From positions 33,179,753 through 33,215,640 of the forward strand of contig NC_068991.1 in the NCBI RefSeq assembly GCF_001194135.2: a stretch of 35,888 bases of DNA. The letters run 5' to 3'. How positions within the stretch are numbered: the first letter of the stretch is position 1; each line of letters starts with the position of its first letter. Made by a program: the position numbers and the translations under genes. Under the pieces are notes generated by a model. It was not told the DNA's origin and did no database searches. It saw only the letters and a program-made list of their open reading frames with translations. Positions 30,420-35,888 of the stretch are shown piece by piece. Source of the stretch: Octopus bimaculoides. Its lineage: Eukaryota.

Positions 30420-30675
30420 TGGTGGGTGAATCTTTTTATGGCATAGGGCATGCCCTACTAATGGGGAACAATATTTCAGTAAGAACTGCAATGACATGGT
30501 TACCAGCTGGTGGAAAGATACCAAAGGCGGGCCAAAAACATCTGGATATTCACCTTAAAAGATGACCTGCACAGTTGTGCATAAACTGGTTTCAAGTTCC
30601 AACTCTTGCCAAAGACATAAAAAGATGGAAGAGTATAGATGTCTGTGTCGTGAGACTGGAGGAACCAGATGACCA
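30420..30675 (+). mobile_element. RTE-like LINE 3' end (same family as 4400-4926)
   Basis: GHALLMGNNISVRTAMTWLPAGGK..; both copies end at ga(a/g)ccagatgacca. Confidence 0.8.
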
Positions 30676-30829
30676 TGTTTTCTTCGCTTTACACCTTCTG
30701 CTCAAACTTATTGTAATGTGGGATAGCAAAAACTCACTATACATAACCTTCTCTCACCACTTTGCCTAAAATCATCATACTCATTATCCCTCCTTTTCTC
30801 ATTCTGTTATAGGGACCCCATTAGGCCAG

Positions 30830-31075
30830 TTAATCTTGCAAGTTGCAAGGTGACTTCACTAATGCTGATGCAAAAATAAATGAATAAACACTCCTCTGTA
30901 AAGTGGTTGCCACCAAGAAGAACATCCAGTTGTAGATACTATGTCAAAACACTAGAACAAGACTCAATTTCTGTCTTGACTGATTCTGTTGAACTGCCTG
31001 TCCAACCCACGCTAGCTGGAGATTGGACTATAAACACTAATGTTGATGATGGTATAGACAGTTTATATACACAAA
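30830..31075 (+). mobile_element. Old RTE tail / SINE fragment
   Basis: acactcctctgtaaagtggttg..aagaacatccagttgtag and ccaacccacgctagc..gttgatgatg match the RTE tail. Confidence 0.6.
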
Positions 31076-32023
31076 CAGATGAACATGAGTCATTATGAGT
31101 ACTGGTAATTGGAACCTTTCAGTTATAATGTATACTATATACATATATATCATCAGTAGTTCATATATTCAAGGAAGAAGCATTCTCTAAAACATCGGAG
31201 TAGTAATGTATTTGACTCAGGTCAAATCTTTATTGAGCAGCAGCAGTTTCCTAACATGCATAATTATGTCTATGTTCCTTTTGTAATGTCATTTTAGTTC
31301 CTAGCAAACATAAACACCTTAACCAATAATCCTTTTGATATAGATAGATAAAAATCAACTATATTGAATTGGGTGAAGCTTACTATGTCTCAATCTTTAT
31401 TGGCTTTAAACCATGAAATCACTTCATTAGTACTATGCTATAAGGAGAAATCAGAGACCCTCCTTATGTAATTGACTTTTTTCATTATTAAGCAGCTTTA
31501 AGAGAAATGCTGGGAGCTATATCAGCTCTTGTGTGTTGAATTTGTAGCATTTTTAAATGCCTTTGATGCCATAAATTGTAAAAAGCAACGATCAACTCCA
31601 GTCTTCTCATTTAGATACTGGGACTGCACAATTTCTGTTGTCAACATACTGGACAAAGAAATTCAAAACCACCTTAGACAGAACTCCATACCCCTTAGAA
31701 GGCTTTGTGAAGAAATATTTTTAAATATCCATTTCAGCTTTCATGCTAAAGTCCTCGTCTGCTTGACAATGTGTTTTGATTAATGTGTATTGGTGTGCAA
31801 CATAGACTACATAAAGCTGTTACATTAATGATGATGGAGTAAAGGTTGTTTGCCAACATAACGTGGCAGTCCTGGTTTAGGATGAATGTTGCTGTAATTT
31901 AGCTCCAGGAGACATCATCTTCAGCTGGCTATACGACACGATCTGTGTCCTTATATTTTCGAACAAAATTGATAATTTTTCACATTATTTTTTACTGTTT
32001 TATCTACTTCTTTTATTTTACAG

Positions 32024-32216
32024 CATATCTTAGTAGACGTTGATTCCTTACTTTACGTTGATACAGATGTTCTGTTCTTGAGTCCAGTCACTGCTATATG
32101 GGAAATCTTCAACAAATTTTCTGAATCCCACACAACAGGACTAGCACCAGAGCATGAAGATGCTGGTACTGGGTGGTACAACAGATTTGCTCAACATCCA
32201 TTTTTTAAACCTTTAG
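32024..32216 (+). CDS. GXYLT1: Glucoside xylosyltransferase coding exon C (DxD motif)
   Basis: ttttatttacAG|...|GTattt. Translates HILVDVDSLLYVDTDVLFLSPVTAIWEIFNKFSESHTTGLAPEHEDAGTGWYNRFAQHPFFKPL-G, with the YVDTD metal-binding motif and APEHE..GWYNRFA.HP. Confidence 0.96.
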
Positions 32217-32425
32217 GTATTTTTCGTTTTTGATTCAGTTTTAAAAAAATTGATCAGCTATATAATAGTAATATTGCTAGATTTAATGTATTGTCTTTGT
32301 ATCGTATTTATTTTCAATTAAAAAAAACTTCACTGACATATGAATATTTTCAAAGATAGTATTGTTTTTCTCATTCTTTCTTTTGTCAAATGAAATTTTT
32401 TTCCCTTTGTTCCTTTTCTTTTAAG
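32217..32425 (+). other. GT-AG intron, 209 bp
   Basis: Phase-1 intron splitting the Gly codon G|GT. Confidence 0.92.
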
Positions 32426-32575
32426 GTGTCAATTCAGGTGTTATGTTGATGAATTTGACAAGAATCAGATGCACAAAATGGCAATCGTTAATCATAGAAT
32501 ATTACAAGACTTACAGATATAAAATTGTTTATGGAGACCAAGACCTTGTGAATATCTATTTTCATTTCAATGCAG
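32426..32575 (+). CDS. GXYLT1: Glucoside xylosyltransferase coding exon D
   Basis: ttttctttta AG|...|GTaggc, phase 1-1. Translates (G)[49 protein letters not shown], with the GT8 NSGV and GDQD motifs. The next exon was not found within the window. Confidence 0.95.
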
Positions 32576-32689
32576 GTAGGCATCCTTTGGTTATCATTAT
32601 ACTACAAGTACACTGCAGATTTTCTGATATCCTTGGTTCCAAACCTTGACAAATTAACTGCTTTGCTGGACTATCCTTGGTCACATACA

Positions 32690-33410
32690 GGGTATTAAAT
32701 ATGAATCTGAACCATATTTCATTGCATTATGGATAAACTTTAACACCTTTCAAAGCCCTAGGGCATTTACTTTTTTCTATTACCAATAGCTTACATCTGT
32801 GCATACCTGCTGCATTTTAGTACCCTAAGATGGTAATTCTGTTCTTAGATTCTTTGAATCGTGTAGGCTCTTTATTGTTTGTTGTTAATGTTTTCCTAGG
32901 TGTGCTTTGCTAGTTTCATCTGCATTAAACACCTGCTCGGGATTGAGGACTTCACCAACTATGAGTTTCGCAAATTTATCAACATATTTGTAGCTACTTC
33001 ATGGTTTGTAGACTGCTTTTCTTCACACACTGTATTCAAGGAAATTCCATGAAACTTCACTATAAGCACACTTATGTTCTAATTTGAGTTCTTTATGAAA
33101 AAACTTAGCCTGACAGGTCAACTCCATTATTCTGACACTATTAAAACCATTCCATTATCACTTACCATGATCAGTACTCTTACTATCTTTCATAGTTTTT
33201 CTAATAGTCATTTGCTTTTGAAAATCCTTGTTTGCATAAAACTTCAATATTTTGTCCTTTTGCTTCTTGATATCACAAACAGCAGATTAACCAGTACCAC
33301 AGATATCACACAGCTTACATACCAAAATACTACAGTCTATTTTTATCAAGTTTTACTTTATCTTGACTACAGAGGACCTGTAAAGACTAGAAAGAAATTA
33401 AATAATCATG
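32690..33410 (-). mobile_element. Tigger/pogo (CENP-B/jerky-like) transposase remnant
   Basis: DIKKQKDKILKFYANKD..RKTMK, VIMEWF, CEEKQSTNHE, YVDKFAKLI..LNPEQVFNADET, PRKTLTT, SKNRITILGY*NAAGMHRCKLLVIEKSKCPRALKGV. Confidence 0.85.
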
Positions 33411-33414
33411 CTCT

Positions 33415-33635
33415 GCTAGATGTGCAGTGTCAATATGCATGATGGGTGGAGTACTAATATCTTAAGAGTAAAACTAGGTATAAGAGGTATCAGATGTAGA
33501 TGTGTTAGTTTGAGAATGTGATATGTATGGATGAAGATAACTGTCTAAAAAAGTGCCGATTGCTTACATTTGATGGAACCTATAGAGTAGGAAAATTTGG
33601 GAAGACATGGGATGCAGTGGCAAAGGGTGACTTAG
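33415..33635 (+). mobile_element. RTE ORF2 C-terminal fragment
   Basis: Matches the MCSVN..LRVKLGIRGI..WMDEDNCLKKC..GKTWDAV segment of the other RTE copies. Confidence 0.7.
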
Positions 33636-34249
33636 AAACCAGTGCATGCAGTCCATAATGCAGGCCAATCCCCAGAGAGTGGGGCAGTGGAGCCTTACTC
33701 TTCCCACCCTGGAAAAGTATCCCACCCACTCATCTGTAAATGTGATATGAACTCATTTTAATGTGAGAAAATACACTTCTACCAACAGGCCATACTTCAA
33801 GTTTGATACCCCTGCCCACTAGACTTGATTAGCTTGCCATGATAACTGTTATTGGTTACAAAATAAATCTGAGAAAAAAATAGAACCTACAAATACTGAG
33901 CCATTTAAAATGCTTTTGCTAATCAGTTAAATTCTTTGGTTTATTTTGGCAAATTTATCGATCACTTTGCTGTAAAATGTATCAGCATCACACTCTACTT
34001 TCATCTTCTTCTAAAGGTCTTTATTAATGGAAATGAAGACCAAATTAGTCATTCTCTCTTTACTTTGAGAACCGCTCATATAATTATTTACTTGCTTTAA
34101 TGAAGAAAGTGATTTCTTACAGGAGGCAAATGTAGCAGGTATGGTCAGAATTAGATGTAGTTTGTTACTGCAGCCAGAGCTTGGTTTCGTTCAAGCTCCC
34201 GTATTATATTTGCAACTTCTTGGATACTTGACACTTGGCTTGCAAAATC

Positions 34250-35650
34250 TGTGCATAAACTGATTTTAGCTTGCATTTCAATCCATCTAAATTCAATATT
34301 ATTTTATAGACATCCGAAAATGAAAACACTTTCATTAAAAACTTTTTTTTATCTAAGTATGAAAAAGCTTCAGAATCAACAGTTTAACAAAGCTCAACTT
34401 GAACAACAACTTCATACAAAATATTGTTAAACAAAGTTCTTAAAACAGCTTCTAGTTCTTGATGTCAACCACACTTCTTTGGCGGTTCAGCAACACTGTC
34501 TAGAACCCAGCAGTAAAATTCTTCAAACTTGTTATTCATGGTATTGTAATCCTAAGGTTTGAACCATTTTCACTAAATTATCAGTTCACTATCTTGAGTG
34601 AGCCACAGTTGGGGTATGCAGTCTTAATGCGAATGCTCTATTGACTAATAGTTTGCAGGAGATAAGACTACCAGTTAAAACATCAGCTGAAGTTTCTTTG
34701 AGATTCACGTCCTTTTCTCCAGTTAAGCAGTTAGTGCTAAATCAACCAGAGCTCTAATGTCATTCGAAGAGAACACAACTTGGCTCTTGCCAAGCAAATC
34801 AAGGACAAAGTTTCAACAAGGTTCAGCAGTATTGTATCTTGAAGATAATTAATGGCTGATCAATCACAGTTAAGTAGATCCCTAGTGTGGATTTGATAAT
34901 TTATTTATGTACTCATCTTCAGTCTTCCATTAAATAAATCTGATGTTAAATGTTTGCTAGTTTTTCTTCTGTTTGTAATATACGCAACCAACCTAATCTC
35001 ATGCTACGATTAATACAACAGTTATACCTGCTGCGACAACATCAACCCAATTGGTTTTTTAAGTTTTCAATCTCAAGAATACACCTTGAAATATCAAGTA
35101 AACTTTTAGGAAGAATCAAAAAAAAAAAAAAACCTCTTAGCCATTCAATCCACAAAAATTTAAACTGAAAAACTCTAGGACTGCAATGAATCCCTTGTCT
35201 GTGCTAATTCTGAGCACTCCAATCATCTGTATTTTCTAATATGATTGAAAACAGCTCAGAAAACTCAGTAAATTTATCAGACTAAATGAATACTTGTTGA
35301 GATAAATAATTCCAATGTGTCTCAGGTAACTTTGGAAATTGCCTCCCAAGGATTTCATCCAGTAGGGCTATTTGAATCATTGACTGAGAAAAAAGTTGAA
35401 ATTCCTTTTAAGGTTTCAAAGAAAATTCAATTTTCATGAGTACTTGAAGCTGATTGAGAGAATGTGCATAACAATAACAAGTATGATGGTTGTGCAAAAG
35501 TTTCCTTTATTCTTGCTTGCACTCCATTCAAATGCCCAGCCACCATGCTCGCTCCATCATAAATTTGTGCAATGAATTTTTGGCCAAATTTGAATTCATT
35601 AACAAATTTTTGAACTCCTGTTATTGATTCAGCTTTTCTATCTTTACCTA
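34250..35650 (-). mobile_element. hAT (ZMYM1/Tip100-like) transposase remnant
   Basis: KDRKAESITG..KFVNEFKFGQKFIAQIYDGASMVAGHLNGVQARIKE resembles the hAT AQ.YDGA.VMSG.LNGVQA motif. Downstream NKFEEFY..AEPPKK is weaker. The extent is approximate. Confidence 0.7.
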
Positions 35651-35656
35651 TGTTGA

Positions 35657-35888
35657 TCATCATCATCATCATCATCGTTTAACGTCCGCTTTCCATGCTA
35701 GCATGGGTTGGACGATTTGACTGAGGACTGGTGAAACCGGATGGCAACACCAGGCTCCAGTCTGATTTGGCAGAGTTTCTACAGCTGGATGCCCTTCCTA
35801 ACGCCAACCACTCAGAGAGTGTAGTGGGTGCTTTTACGTGTCACCCGCACGAAAACGGCCACGCTCGAAATGGTGTCTTTTATGTGCC
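35657..35888 (-). mobile_element. Young RTE tail / RTE-derived SINE, truncated by the window end
   Basis: (CAT)7-cgtttaacgtccgctttccatgctagcatgggttggacg..ggatgcccttcctaacgccaacc..gggtgcttttacgtgtcaccc, with CpGs intact. Confidence 0.9.

Larger units (their letters stand above)
17323..32023 (+). other. GT-AG intron, 14,701 bp including a 209-N gap, TE-rich
   Basis: Lies between in-frame exons B and C; canonical ends. Confidence 0.88.

Noticed and set aside
31500-31960. Possible further repeats just upstream of exon C
   Set aside because: They look repeat-like, but I could not assign a family or support boundaries from this window.
34123-34138. 16-nt candidate micro-exon (ttcttacAG|gaggcaaatgtagcag|GTatgg) as the next GXYLT exon
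   Set aside because: No similarity to the expected ..PCQWNYRPDHC segment, and it would shift the frame.

Overview
Eukaryotic, AT-rich, repeat-dense genomic DNA. The SINE/RTE families look like octopus (coleoid cephalopod) repeats; this is recognition from memory, not a database result. The window lies inside one + strand host gene, a GT8-family glucoside xylosyltransferase (GXYLT1/2, Drosophila shams-like; extends O-glucose on Notch EGF repeats). Four coding exons splice in frame: 16-181, 17188-17322, 32024-32216 and 32426-32575. The start and end of the gene lie outside the window. The introns (17.0 kb, 14.7 kb, 209 bp and a final open one) are packed with decayed transposons: RTE LINEs, R4/Dong, HERO/NeSL-like, CR1/L2-like, Merlin, mariner, Tigger/pogo, hAT, a Helitron-like end with TTAGGG repeats, and tRNA-derived SINEs. 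There is a 209-N assembly gap at 23411-23619. The most unusual signals are: (i) an 807-bp foldback insertion built from a 339-bp monomer, with 344-bp inverted arms and an exact 14-bp target-site duplication, about 470 bp upstream of a coding exon; (ii) a complete C4HC3 PHD finger embedded inside the RT region of the RTE ORF2; (iii) many inverted repeat copies around a frame-preserving 135-nt exon. Repeat boundaries are approximate unless stated otherwise.
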